Shown here in pieces: positions 50,431 through 58,804 of a stretch of 64,000 bases of DNA (position 1 is its first letter; each line of letters starts with the position of its first letter). The position numbers and the translations under genes are program-made. Source of the DNA: Gammaproteobacteria bacterium. Its GTDB lineage: Bacteria > Pseudomonadota > Gammaproteobacteria > UBA4575. The notes beneath the pieces are model-generated. The model was not told the DNA's origin. It saw only the letters and a program-made list of their open reading frames with translations, and did no database searches. The DNA is taken from positions 10,101 to 74,100 of the forward strand of contig JABDMD010000001.1 in NCBI GenBank assembly GCA_013001685.1, read 5' to 3'.

Positions 50431-51750
50431 TTAATTCACAGAAGCTGACATTAGCGCTTCAATTTCATCTGGATCACGGGTAAGTTTTTCGGTTAGCACC
50501 TGGCTGCCGTCTTTGGTGACCAATACATCGTCTTCTATACGAATACCGATGTCCCAGAATTTTTTCGGTACGCCTTTCGCTTTAGAAATATATAACCCTG
50601 GTTCTACAGTGAGCGTCATGCCGGGCTCTAATAGACGCCATTCTTCATCAAAACGATAATCACCCACGTCGTGTACATCTAAACCAAGCCAGTGCCCGGT
50701 GCGATGCATATAAAACTGTCGATATTCTTCATCTTTAATCAACTTTGCAGGCTTACCTTTTAATAAACCGATTTCTATCAGTCCTTTGGTAAGCACTTTC
50801 ACGGCTTCATGATGCGGATCGTTCCAGTGGTTCCCCGGCTTCACTTTTTTAATCGCTGCAATTTGCGACTCTAATACTAGTTCGTACACTTCGCGTTGCA
50901 CTTTAGAAAACCTGCCATTGACTGGAAAGGTGCGTGTAATGTCACTAGCATAGCCTTGATACTCTGCACCGGCATCTATTAATAGTAAATCACCATCTTT
51001 AAGTTCTTGATTGTTTTCGATGTAATGCAGAATACAGCCATTGTCACCACCACCAACAATGGAAGGATAAGCCGCTACACAACCTGCTTTTCTAAACTCG
51101 TACATTAATTCCGCTTCAACTTCATACTCATACATACCTGGCTGGCAGGCTTTCATTGCACGAGTGTGGCCCGCGATTGCAGCTTTTGCAGCTTGGCGCA
51201 TGAGTGTGAGTTCACTACGCGATTTATACAAACGCATGTCGTGTACAAAATAATCTAGTGACAATAGTTCGTGTGGCACATGTTTTGAAGTACGCGCTGA
51301 TCCGCGCGATTGGTTGACCCAATTTATTAAGCGGCGATCAAAGTTTGTATCGCGACCCATTGGGTAAAAGAAACGTTCACGATCTGCAAATAGTTTCGGC
51401 ACCATTTCATCGAGATCATCAATCGAATACGCTAGTTCAGCGCCATAATTTTCCTTTACGCCTTCAATGCCTGCTCGACGCCCATCCCAAATCTCTTGCT
51501 CAGGATTGCGCTCACGACAAAAAAGTATGAACTGGCCTTTTGAGTTGCCTGGCAAAATCAACGCCAATGAATCAGGCTCATCAAAACCTGTCAAATAGAG
51601 AAAATCACTATCTTGTCTAAAGACAAAATCCACATCTCGGTTGCGGGGAATCGATGTTGCAGAAGGAATAATGGCTACACCATCTTTACCCACCATACGC
51701 ATAAGTGTTTTGCGTCGCTTCAGCAGCTCTTTTTGATCGATCTTATACAA
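50431..51750 (-). CDS. pepP: Xaa-Pro aminopeptidase
   Basis: AMP_N domain plus the M24 pita-bread domain with metal ligands (D, D, H, E, E); 439 aa. Confidence 0.85.
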   Translation of the reverse strand: MYKIDQKELLKRRKTLMRMVGKDGVAIIPSATSIPRNRDVDFVFRQDSDFLYLTGFDEPDSLALILPGNSKGQFILFCRERNPEQEIWDGRRAGIEGVKENYGAELAYSIDDLDEMVPKLFADRERFFYPMGRDTNFDRRLINWVNQSRGSARTSKHVPHELLSLDYFVHDMRLYKSRSELTLMRQAAKAAIAGHTRAMKACQPGMYEYEVEAELMYEFRKAGCVAAYPSIVGGGDNGCILHYIENNQELKDGDLLLIDAGAEYQGYASDITRTFPVNGRFSKVQREVYELVLESQIAAIKKVKPGNHWNDPHHEAVKVLTKGLIEIGLLKGKPAKLIKDEEYRQFYMHRTGHWLGLDVHDVGDYRFDEEWRLLEPGMTLTVEPGLYISKAKGVPKKFWDIGIRIEDDVLVTKDGSQVLTEKLTRDPDEIEALMSASVN

Positions 51751-51787
51751 ACTAATTTTTAATTAGATAGGAATTGTTGAATGCTTA

Positions 51788-52336
51788 TCATTGAATAGTT
51801 TGATGTCTATTCATCGGATGCATTTCTTCATTGATAAGTAGCACTCCCATGCGAACGTATTCAACAATGTCTGAATAGGCGACTTCATTCATCTCATCTT
51901 CTTCGTCATCTTCTGAGGCTTGAGAAATCGTAGTAATATCTTGCAAAATTTCCATTGAATCTTCTGGCACATGGGTTAAATCTTTAACGCCGGCGAGGGC
52001 TAAGCCAAATAAGAAACCATCACACCATTTCTTTAGTGAGGTTACTCGCGCACTCAAACTGTTGTGCTCCTCAGGGATCAGCAATGTGAAATTCAACAGA
52101 GCGTCATTCAACTCTTGTTTAGTGTGCTCATATAACGCACAAAGGGTGTCGTGGTTATCACCATCGAGCGACTTTCCTTCTTCACTTTGTGTACAAATTT
52201 CATCCAGCCATCTTTTGCATTGCAAAGAATTATTTACTATTAACATGGCGCACAGCATGCCGTGGCAATCTTCTGGTGTATAAGGTGATTGCACATAAGA
52301 AAGGATATCTTGGATTTGTTCGTAGTTAGGTGTCAT
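51788..52336 (-). CDS. ygfB: UPF0149 family protein YgfB
   Basis: 182 aa acidic protein in the conserved ygfB-pepP-ubiH position. Confidence 0.7.
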   Translation of the reverse strand: MTPNYEQIQDILSYVQSPYTPEDCHGMLCAMLIVNNSLQCKRWLDEICTQSEEGKSLDGDNHDTLCALYEHTKQELNDALLNFTLLIPEEHNSLSARVTSLKKWCDGFLFGLALAGVKDLTHVPEDSMEILQDITTISQASEDDEEDEMNEVAYSDIVEYVRMGVLLINEEMHPMNRHQTIQ

Positions 52337-52559
52337 ACGTTATTGATTCTAACATCTCGCTAGCGTAATCACTCATATATTGATGTGGACAGGATGAATT
52401 ATAAAAGTGATTGTTAAAGTGCTAACAATCGAAACTCGATTTCCCCTATTTCTATCATGAAATTATGACTGAAATTAAAGCTAATATTAAAGAATTTTAC
52501 AGGTGTATTTGTTAACAATTTTAGTTGACGAGTAAGCCCGTACAGCCTAACATTTTGCC

Positions 52560-52793
52560 ATGGAAAAGCGAGACACCGGAAAGCTCAGCGAGCAAGATTT
52601 AAAGGGATTAGAAATTCGTGTTAACGAACTGATTACCACTTGCGAAGAACTGAAAAAAGAAAACAAACTTCTAAAGTTGCAACAAGATTCCTACTCTTCA
52701 GAACGCGCTAACTTGATCGACAAAAACGAGCAAGCACGCAAGCGTGTTGAAGCGATGATTACTCGTCTAAAATCTATGGAAGTAAGCGCTTAG
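52560..52793 (+). CDS. coiled-coil protein (TIGR02449/ZapB-like) upstream of zapA
   Basis: 77 aa, essentially one heptad-repeat helix. Confidence 0.5.
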   Translation: MEKRDTGKLSEQDLKGLEIRVNELITTCEELKKENKLLKLQQDSYSSERANLIDKNEQARKRVEAMITRLKSMEVSA

Positions 52794-52797
52794 TAGT

Positions 52798-53103
52798 ATG
52801 GACGAACCCATTACTCTCAATATCCTAGATAAAGAATATCGTATTGCCTGCCCTACAGGCGAAGAAGAATCCCTGCAGGCTTCCGCACATTATCTAAACA
52901 CAAAAATTCAAGAAATCCGTGATAGTGGCAAAGCCATAGGCACTGACCGTGTGGCGGTTATGGCTGCTCTTAACATGGCACATGAGTTTTTGAATCAAAA
53001 AAGTGACTACGAGCGACACAGCAAATCATTTTTCAATCGTGTTCGTAGCTTACAAGACCGCATCGATGTTGCATTGAAGAATACGCAGCAACTCGAACTC
53101 TAA
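52798..53103 (+). CDS. zapA: cell-division protein ZapA
   Basis: 101 aa with the ZapA pattern (I.I..K.Y.I.C...E...L...A..L). Confidence 0.8.
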   Translation: MDEPITLNILDKEYRIACPTGEEESLQASAHYLNTKIQEIRDSGKAIGTDRVAVMAALNMAHEFLNQKSDYERHSKSFFNRVRSLQDRIDVALKNTQQLEL

Positions 53104-53124
53104 CTTAATAATCTGCTACAGTTT

Positions 53125-53328
53125 CACATGTCGGGTACCACTGCGGTACAGGTGTGCTTCCTGGTATTTCCCTTGAGCCTATTTTTATCCTCCGGGGGCA
53201 ATGCTGTTTAAATGTTGATGTGCATATCCGTTCTGCGGAGAGCCTAATTCATTTTTCGGTGCTCCCACTTGAACCTTTGGTTCAAGGACAACGGCTGCCA
53301 CGGTATTCGTGGGGTACCCACATTTTTA
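53125..53328 (+). ncRNA. ssrS: 6S RNA
   Basis: Immediately after zapA, as in E. coli. The 3' half (CACUUGAACCUUUGGUUCAAGGACAACGGCUGCCACGGUAUUCGUGGGGUACCC) aligns with E. coli 6S (ACCUUGAACCAAGGGUUCAAGGGUUACAGCCUGCGGCGGCAUCUCGGAGA). The closing stem GGGUACC (53133-53139) pairs with GGUACCC (53313-53319), and a T5 run follows. Confidence 0.7.
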
Positions 53329-53367
53329 CAACCAGGCTCTAAATTAAATTTCCAAGGAAACTTTGCG

Positions 53368-53820
53368 ATGCAACATTGGCTTATGAAAAGCGAACCAAGC
53401 GAATTCAGTATTGATGATTTAAAGCGAGTTAAAGTAGAACCCTGGGACGGTGTGCGCAATTATCAAGCACGCAACATGATGAATAAAGAGATGAAAAAAG
53501 GTGATTTAGCCTTTATGTATCATTCCAATTGCGATGAGATTGGAATTGTTGGAATCATGACAATCGCACGTGAAGGTTACGTTGATCACACTGCCTTTGA
53601 CAAAAAGGATAAACACTACGATCCAAAAAGTAATCCTGAAAACCCACGCTGGTTTATGGTTGACGTGCGTTATAAGCGAAAACTAAAACGCACTATTACT
53701 CTTGCGGAATTAAAAGAGCATAAAAAATTAGCCGAAATGCAGTTGTTAAAACGCGGAAACCGACTCTCAATCATGCCGGTTAGCAAAAAACATTGGGATT
53801 TTATTCTCTCTTTAGAGTGA
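53368..53820 (+). CDS. EVE (PUA-like) domain protein
   Basis: MQHWLMKSEP..FSIDDL start, with an SD 8 nt upstream; EVE-domain pattern throughout. Confidence 0.75.
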   Translation: MQHWLMKSEPSEFSIDDLKRVKVEPWDGVRNYQARNMMNKEMKKGDLAFMYHSNCDEIGIVGIMTIAREGYVDHTAFDKKDKHYDPKSNPENPRWFMVDVRYKRKLKRTITLAELKEHKKLAEMQLLKRGNRLSIMPVSKKHWDFILSLE

Positions 53821-54262
53821 TTTTTTACAGAAAATTGTAAAAATTTTTGTAATTTTTTCTAAATTTCGCAAAAAAACTAGTTTTTTTAAAAAAATTTACA
53901 GTTTTTTTAATATTTTTTAAAAAAAATTTCGCATTGTTTTTCTACATTAAATTACGTTTTATTAATTAAAAAAACGTTGCAAACAAACTACAAAATTTCA
54001 GTAAACTTTGCTTAATTTTAGCAAAATGCTTGTTGTTATGTTAAATAAATAGCGATTTTTACTGTTTTCCAGGTGAATACTGTCACACTTTTTGAAACTT
54101 AAAAAACGTTTTGTAAATTTTAAAACTAAAAAAGTTTAACAAACTAAAAAACATTAACGATGGAAAGCTATAAAAACACTACAAAAATACTAGTATTTAT
54201 AGATTAAATATATATACTTTGGCGCGTTTACAACTAACATTAATTGTTTGGAGGGAGTATTG
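53821..54262 (+). promoter_or_regulatory. ORF-free A/T-tract (predicted curved) region upstream of the H1-like gene
   Basis: Alternating A- and T-tracts at about 10-bp spacing. Duplicated motifs AAATTTCGCA (x2) and AACAAACTA(C)AAAA (x2). Ends with the SD GGAGGG. Confidence 0.4.
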
Positions 54263-54619
54263 ATGGCCATCAAACGTAAATCTACCACTAAACGTCGCGT
54301 TACAAAACGTAAGGCGACTAAACGTAAGGCTACGAAACGCAAATCTACTGCGAAGCGCAAAACTGCGAAACGCAAGACTAAGCGTAAAACAAAACGTAAG
54401 ACTACTAAACGTAAGACTGCGAAGCGTAAGACTAAACGTAAGACTGCGAAGCGTAAGACTAAGCGTAAGACTGCGAAGCGCAAGACTGCGAAGCGTAAGA
54501 CTAAGCGCAAGACTGCAAAGCGTAAGGTCAAACGTAAGACTAAACGCAAGACTGCAAAGCGTAAGGTCAAACGTAAGACTACTAAACGCAAAACTAAGCG
54601 GAAGACTAAACGTCGTTGA
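54263..54619 (+). CDS. histone H1-like lysine-rich nucleoid protein
   Basis: 118 aa made of KRKT(A/K)KRK units (MAIKRKSTTKRRVTKRKATKRK...), with a strong SD and a terminator. Resembles Hc1/Hq1/BpH1/AlgP-type proteins. Confidence 0.75.
   Translation: MAIKRKSTTKRRVTKRKATKRKATKRKSTAKRKTAKRKTKRKTKRKTTKRKTAKRKTKRKTAKRKTKRKTAKRKTAKRKTKRKTAKRKVKRKTKRKTAKRKVKRKTTKRKTKRKTKRR
54380..54600 (+). repeat. coding tandem repeats (27-bp and 39-bp units)
   Basis: aaacgtaagactgcgaagcgtaagact x2; cgcaagactgcaaagcgtaaggtcaaacgtaagact x2; further degenerate 12/15-bp units. Confidence 0.6.
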
Positions 54620-54643
54620 TAGTCGCTGGATTAAACATCCAAA

Positions 54644-54677
54644 CAAAAAAGGGCTCTTAATAGAGCCCTTTTTTTAT
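54644..54677. terminator. bidirectional Rho-independent terminator (H1-like gene / ilvA)
   Basis: aaaaaaGGGCTCTTaaTAGAGCCCttttttt. The A-tract and T-tract on either side let it act on both strands. Confidence 0.7.
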
Positions 54678-54814
54678 GACGATAGTTTATGCTTCTAGAG
54701 ACTGCTATCTAGGCTTGCAAATAGCTTTATCTATAGGGTTTGCGTTAAATCACGCTAAGCTATCGTCAGCCAAGAAACAATTTGTAAACCGGATTATTCA
54801 CTTCGGAAAATAAC

Positions 54815-56329
54815 TTAGCCAAGGAAAAGTTTATACACTGGATTGCTGGTTTCTTCCCAATATCGATAACCTAATTTTTCTAAAAACTCATCAAAACGAG
54901 AGCGCTGGGAATCAGGCACCTGTATGCCAACCAACACACGCCCATATGCAGCACCATGGTTACGATAGTGAAATAAACTTATATTCCAGTCAGTACCTAT
55001 CGTTTCTAAAAATTTTAATAACGCACCAGGGCGTTCTGGGAATTCAAATCTAAATAGGATCTCATCTTGTATCTGAGTACAGTGTCCACCCACCATATGA
55101 CGCAAATGCAAAATCGCCATTTCATTATCCGAAATATCCAGTGCCGCATAACCATCGGTATTCATAGCTTTTAGTAGCTGCTCTTTTTCCTTATCAGCAT
55201 CCTCGACTTTCACACCAACAAAAATATGTGCAGCTTGGTTATCCGCATAACGATAGTTAAACTCGGTAATTCCGCGTGCACCCAGGATTCGACAGAACTT
55301 CAAAAAACTACCTGGCTGCTCTGGAATAGTTACGGCAAATAAACATTCACGACGTTCACCTAGCTCAGCACGCTCGGCAACATGACGTAAACGATCGAAG
55401 TTGATGTTCGCACCACAATTGATCCCGACTAAAGTCTGCCTGGTAACTTTTTCTCTGGAAATATATTGTTTAATACCGGCTAAAGATAAAGCACCTGCAG
55501 GTTCTACCAATGTACGTGTTTCATCAAAGATATCTTTGATCCCAGCACAGATATCATCGGTGGTTACTAGCAGCACTTCATCGATAAGATCTTTGGCAAT
55601 TGCATAGGTTTTTTCACCTATTTGCCGTACTGCAACCCCGTCAGCAAATATGCCTACTTGCTCTAATTCGACTCTTTTCTGAGCTTTTAACGCAGCATGC
55701 ATGGTGGGTGCATCTTGCGGCTCTACCCCGATTATCTTTATTTCTGGTCGATAATGCTTGATGTAGGCTGCCATTCCGGCTACTAAACCACCACCGCCAA
55801 TTGCGATAAATATGGCATCAATTTTCCCTGGATGCTGCTTTAGTATTTCCATCGCGATCGTACCCTGCCCAGCAATCACATCTTCATCATCATAAGGATG
55901 CACATAGATAAGATTTTGTTGCTCAGCTAGTTGCAAAGAGTGCTGATGTGCTTCGTCATAGGTATCACCAAACAAAATGGCTTTGCCGCCTAAGCGAGTT
56001 ACCGATTCAACTTTGATATTGGGTGTTGTCGTCGGCATCACAATAGTTGCAGGAATTCCAAGTTTATTTGCAGCTAATGCCACACCTTGCGCATGATTAC
56101 CGGCAGATGCAGCAATTACGCCTTGTTTACGTTCTGCTGCAGAGAGATGTGCGATTTTGTTGTAAGCCCCCCTGAGCTTGAAAGAAAAGACACTTTGCAA
56201 GTCTTCTCGTTTCAGATAAATATTATTAGCAAGTCGCGCCGAGATAACTTTTGCATGGTCAAGTGGCGTTACAATCGCCACATCATAGACCTTGGAATTT
56301 TCTATTTTTTTAATTAGTTGCTGATTCAC
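54815..56329 (-). CDS. ilvA: biosynthetic threonine dehydratase
   Basis: 504 aa. PLP fold-II domain (SFKLRGA) plus two C-terminal ACT-like regulatory domains. Confidence 0.85.
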   Translation of the reverse strand: MNQQLIKKIENSKVYDVAIVTPLDHAKVISARLANNIYLKREDLQSVFSFKLRGAYNKIAHLSAAERKQGVIAASAGNHAQGVALAANKLGIPATIVMPTTTPNIKVESVTRLGGKAILFGDTYDEAHQHSLQLAEQQNLIYVHPYDDEDVIAGQGTIAMEILKQHPGKIDAIFIAIGGGGLVAGMAAYIKHYRPEIKIIGVEPQDAPTMHAALKAQKRVELEQVGIFADGVAVRQIGEKTYAIAKDLIDEVLLVTTDDICAGIKDIFDETRTLVEPAGALSLAGIKQYISREKVTRQTLVGINCGANINFDRLRHVAERAELGERRECLFAVTIPEQPGSFLKFCRILGARGITEFNYRYADNQAAHIFVGVKVEDADKEKEQLLKAMNTDGYAALDISDNEMAILHLRHMVGGHCTQIQDEILFRFEFPERPGALLKFLETIGTDWNISLFHYRNHGAAYGRVLVGIQVPDSQRSRFDEFLEKLGYRYWEETSNPVYKLFLG

Positions 56330-56469
56330 TTTTATTGGCTCGTATTTTTCTATTCTTTGGCCTATTTTTAGCCGTTGGCATCCTAATATGAAATTCTAAT
56401 TAGCTAAATTAACAATGCTTTTAACAGCTTCTGTGGGTATTATTCAGTAAAACTTAGCCCATACATACA

Positions 56470-57123
56470 ATGTCTTTAGAAAAAAAGAAACAAATTGCTG
56501 CTGAAGCCGCGCTAGATTATATACAACTCAATGATGTAGTCGGTGTTGGCACCGGATCTACCGCAAATTACTTTATAGATGGCCTTGCAAAACTTAAAGG
56601 CAAAATAGAAGGCGCTGTAGCAAGCTCTGTAGCGTCTTCTGAGCGATTAAAACAACATGGTATACCCGTACTTGATTCAAACAGCGTTGCAATGCTTCCG
56701 ATCTATGTAGACGGCGCAGACGAGACTACAACGCATAAACATTTAATCAAAGGTGGCGGTGGTGCACATACACGTGAAAAAATTGTTGCTGCGATCAGTG
56801 AAAAGTTCGTTTGTATTGCCGATGATTCAAAATTAGTCGATATATTGGGTGAATTTCCATTACCAATCGAAGTAATCCCTATGGCACGAAGCTATGTCGC
56901 CAGACAATTAGTAAAAATAGGAGGAGTACCCGAGCTACGCGAAGACTTTATCACCGATAATGGCAATGTCATTTTAGACGTGCACAACCTGGAAATTCTA
57001 AATCCGGTAAAAATGGAACAACAGCTAAACAATTTAGCCGGTGTGGTTACTGTAGGAATTTTTGCAATACGGCCAGCAGATGTGCTTATTCTTGGAACCG
57101 ATAATGGAATCGTCACTTCTTAA
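56470..57123 (+). CDS. rpiA: ribose-5-phosphate isomerase A
   Basis: RpiA motifs (GVGTGST, DGADE, KGGGGA). ilvA-rpiA adjacency as in Pseudomonas. Confidence 0.85.
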   Translation: MSLEKKKQIAAEAALDYIQLNDVVGVGTGSTANYFIDGLAKLKGKIEGAVASSVASSERLKQHGIPVLDSNSVAMLPIYVDGADETTTHKHLIKGGGGAHTREKIVAAISEKFVCIADDSKLVDILGEFPLPIEVIPMARSYVARQLVKIGGVPELREDFITDNGNVILDVHNLEILNPVKMEQQLNNLAGVVTVGIFAIRPADVLILGTDNGIVTS

Positions 57124-57227
57124 ACCTAAATTATTTAATTTGGAACGTCTCAGGTAAATATCTTAGGGAAACCACTTTGGAAAAAAAGACTCTAAGTTTC
57201 CAATAGCAAATTTTTTTGGAGGACTTC

Positions 57228-57653
57228 ATGAAAACAACAATAACTTTATTTTCACTTTTAGCATGCTTTTCCTTGTTTATACCCGTACAGGCTAAATCAC
57301 CTGCTGCACCTGATAGTTACGTTTACATCATCAGCCCACAAGATGGCGAAATAGTACACAGTCCGGTGTTAGTTAAATTTGGCTTACGTGGTATGGGTAT
57401 TGCTCCTGCAGGTGTAGAAAGCGAAAACACTGGACATCATCATTTATTAATAGATGTTGAAAAACTACCTGATCTCGACAAACCGATTCCGGCTGACGAT
57501 CATCATGTACATTTTGGCAAAGGCCAAACTGAAGCATTGATTGAACTAAGCCCTGGTGCTCACACCTTGCAATTGCTCTTAGGTGATTTTTCACACATTC
57601 CACATGACACAGCAATTACTTCCGAGAAAATAACAATCAAAGTAGTGGAGTAA
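57228..57653 (+). CDS. DUF4399-like secreted His-rich protein
   Basis: SD ggagga, signal peptide, His clusters (GHHHLLID, DDHHVHFG). Confidence 0.55.
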   Translation: MKTTITLFSLLACFSLFIPVQAKSPAAPDSYVYIISPQDGEIVHSPVLVKFGLRGMGIAPAGVESENTGHHHLLIDVEKLPDLDKPIPADDHHVHFGKGQTEALIELSPGAHTLQLLLGDFSHIPHDTAITSEKITIKVVE

Positions 57654-57812
57654 CACATCTTTAAATCATTTCGTCAACGCCTGCAAGCAGGTGAAATTTT
57701 ACTAAGCACCCTGGTTTCATTTCCAAGCCCAGAAATCGTTGAACTACTTTCCAAGTTAAATTTTGATTGGCTGTTTATCGACGGTGAGCATGGCCCTTTT
57801 GGTACGTTTGAA

Positions 57813-58409
57813 ATGCAAAGGATGTTGCAAGTAGCGGGTAATAATTGTCCATGTCTGATCCGCGTGCCTAGTAATGATCTGGTTTACATCAAACAAGCTT
57901 TAGATATTGGTGCAGCGGGAATTATCGTTCCGCAAATTAATAACGCCGATGAAACACAAGCCGCAGTACGGGCGGCGAAATATCCCACACTAGGCAATCG
58001 TGGTGTAGGTCTGGCACGCGCGCATGAATATGGAATTTCTTTCACTGACTATTTAGCAAATGCGGATAGTGAAACCTGTGTAGTAATCCAAGCGGAAACT
58101 CAAGGTGCGATCGAACACATCGATGAAATTGTAGCGATCAAAGATGTCGATGCGATATTAATTGGTCCTTATGACTTGTCAGCAAATCTTGGCTACACCG
58201 GACAGATTGATCATCCAGAAGTGGTTGCTGCAATAAGCAAAGTTGAACATGCATGTAAACAAGCAAATGTGAAATTAGGCTACTTTGGTGTTAACGCGGA
58301 AACTGTGCTTCCCTATAAAGAAAAAGGCTTCACACTGCTTACTATTGGCGTAGACAGCTTGTTTGTTTTAAACAGCGCGCAACAACTTTTAGATGAAATG
58401 AGCGCTTAA
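57813..58409 (+). CDS. HpcH/HpaI-family aldolase (track ORF); conserved N-terminus extends in-frame to 57654 without a canonical start
   Basis: Family motifs FDWLFIDGEHGP... lie upstream of the first ATG. No ATG/GTG/TTG occurs in-frame between the upstream TAA (57651-57653) and 57813. Confidence 0.6.
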   Translation: MQRMLQVAGNNCPCLIRVPSNDLVYIKQALDIGAAGIIVPQINNADETQAAVRAAKYPTLGNRGVGLARAHEYGISFTDYLANADSETCVVIQAETQGAIEHIDEIVAIKDVDAILIGPYDLSANLGYTGQIDHPEVVAAISKVEHACKQANVKLGYFGVNAETVLPYKEKGFTLLTIGVDSLFVLNSAQQLLDEMSA

Positions 58410-58422
58410 AAACAATCTGATC

Positions 58423-58800
58423 ATGTCTCGCAAACTACAAATGAGCATTAACAAACATAAGATATTGGTAACCCTACGCAACACCGCCACAGCAGACGCA
58501 ATTTATGCTGCTTTACCGTTTGAGTCACATGCACAAACGTGGGGTGATGAAGTGTATTTTTCAACACCAGTTTCAAATCAAATCTTAGAGGGCGATGCCA
58601 AAGCTGTTGTTGAACTAGGTGAGCTCGCATTTTGGGTTGAAGGTGATTGCATCGCTATAGGATTTGGACCAACTCCAATTTCTCAAGGTGATGAAATTCG
58701 ACTTGCGGCTCGCACTAATATTTGGGCAGATACTGATTATGAGTTAACGGCACTGAAAAATGTTCGGTCAGGTGAGTTAGTTAGCGTAGTGGCTGCTTAA
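58423..58800 (+). CDS. cyclophilin-like-fold small protein
   Basis: About 120 aa with a beta-barrel pattern (I.V.L.DN.TA.A.....P....W). Confidence 0.45.
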   Translation: MSRKLQMSINKHKILVTLRNTATADAIYAALPFESHAQTWGDEVYFSTPVSNQILEGDAKAVVELGELAFWVEGDCIAIGFGPTPISQGDEIRLAARTNIWADTDYELTALKNVRSGELVSVVAA

Positions 58801-58804
58801 AATT

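Noticed and set aside
53154-53459. Track ORFs 53154..53342 (+) and 53244..53459 (-)
   Set aside because: They lie inside or overlap the 6S RNA gene, and the EVE gene starts at 53368 with its own SD.
54380-54600. Tandem repeats considered as a CRISPR array
   Set aside because: The repeats are contiguous with no unique spacers, are in-frame protein-coding (KRKT units), and there are no cas genes in the window.
54190-54646. Two long minus-strand ORFs (Leu/Arg-rich, LRLVLRFAVLR...) and the +-strand track ORF starting at 54248
   Set aside because: The minus-strand ORFs are mirror-frame artefacts of the tandem repeat in the H1-like gene. The real + start is the ATG at 54263, behind GGAGGG.
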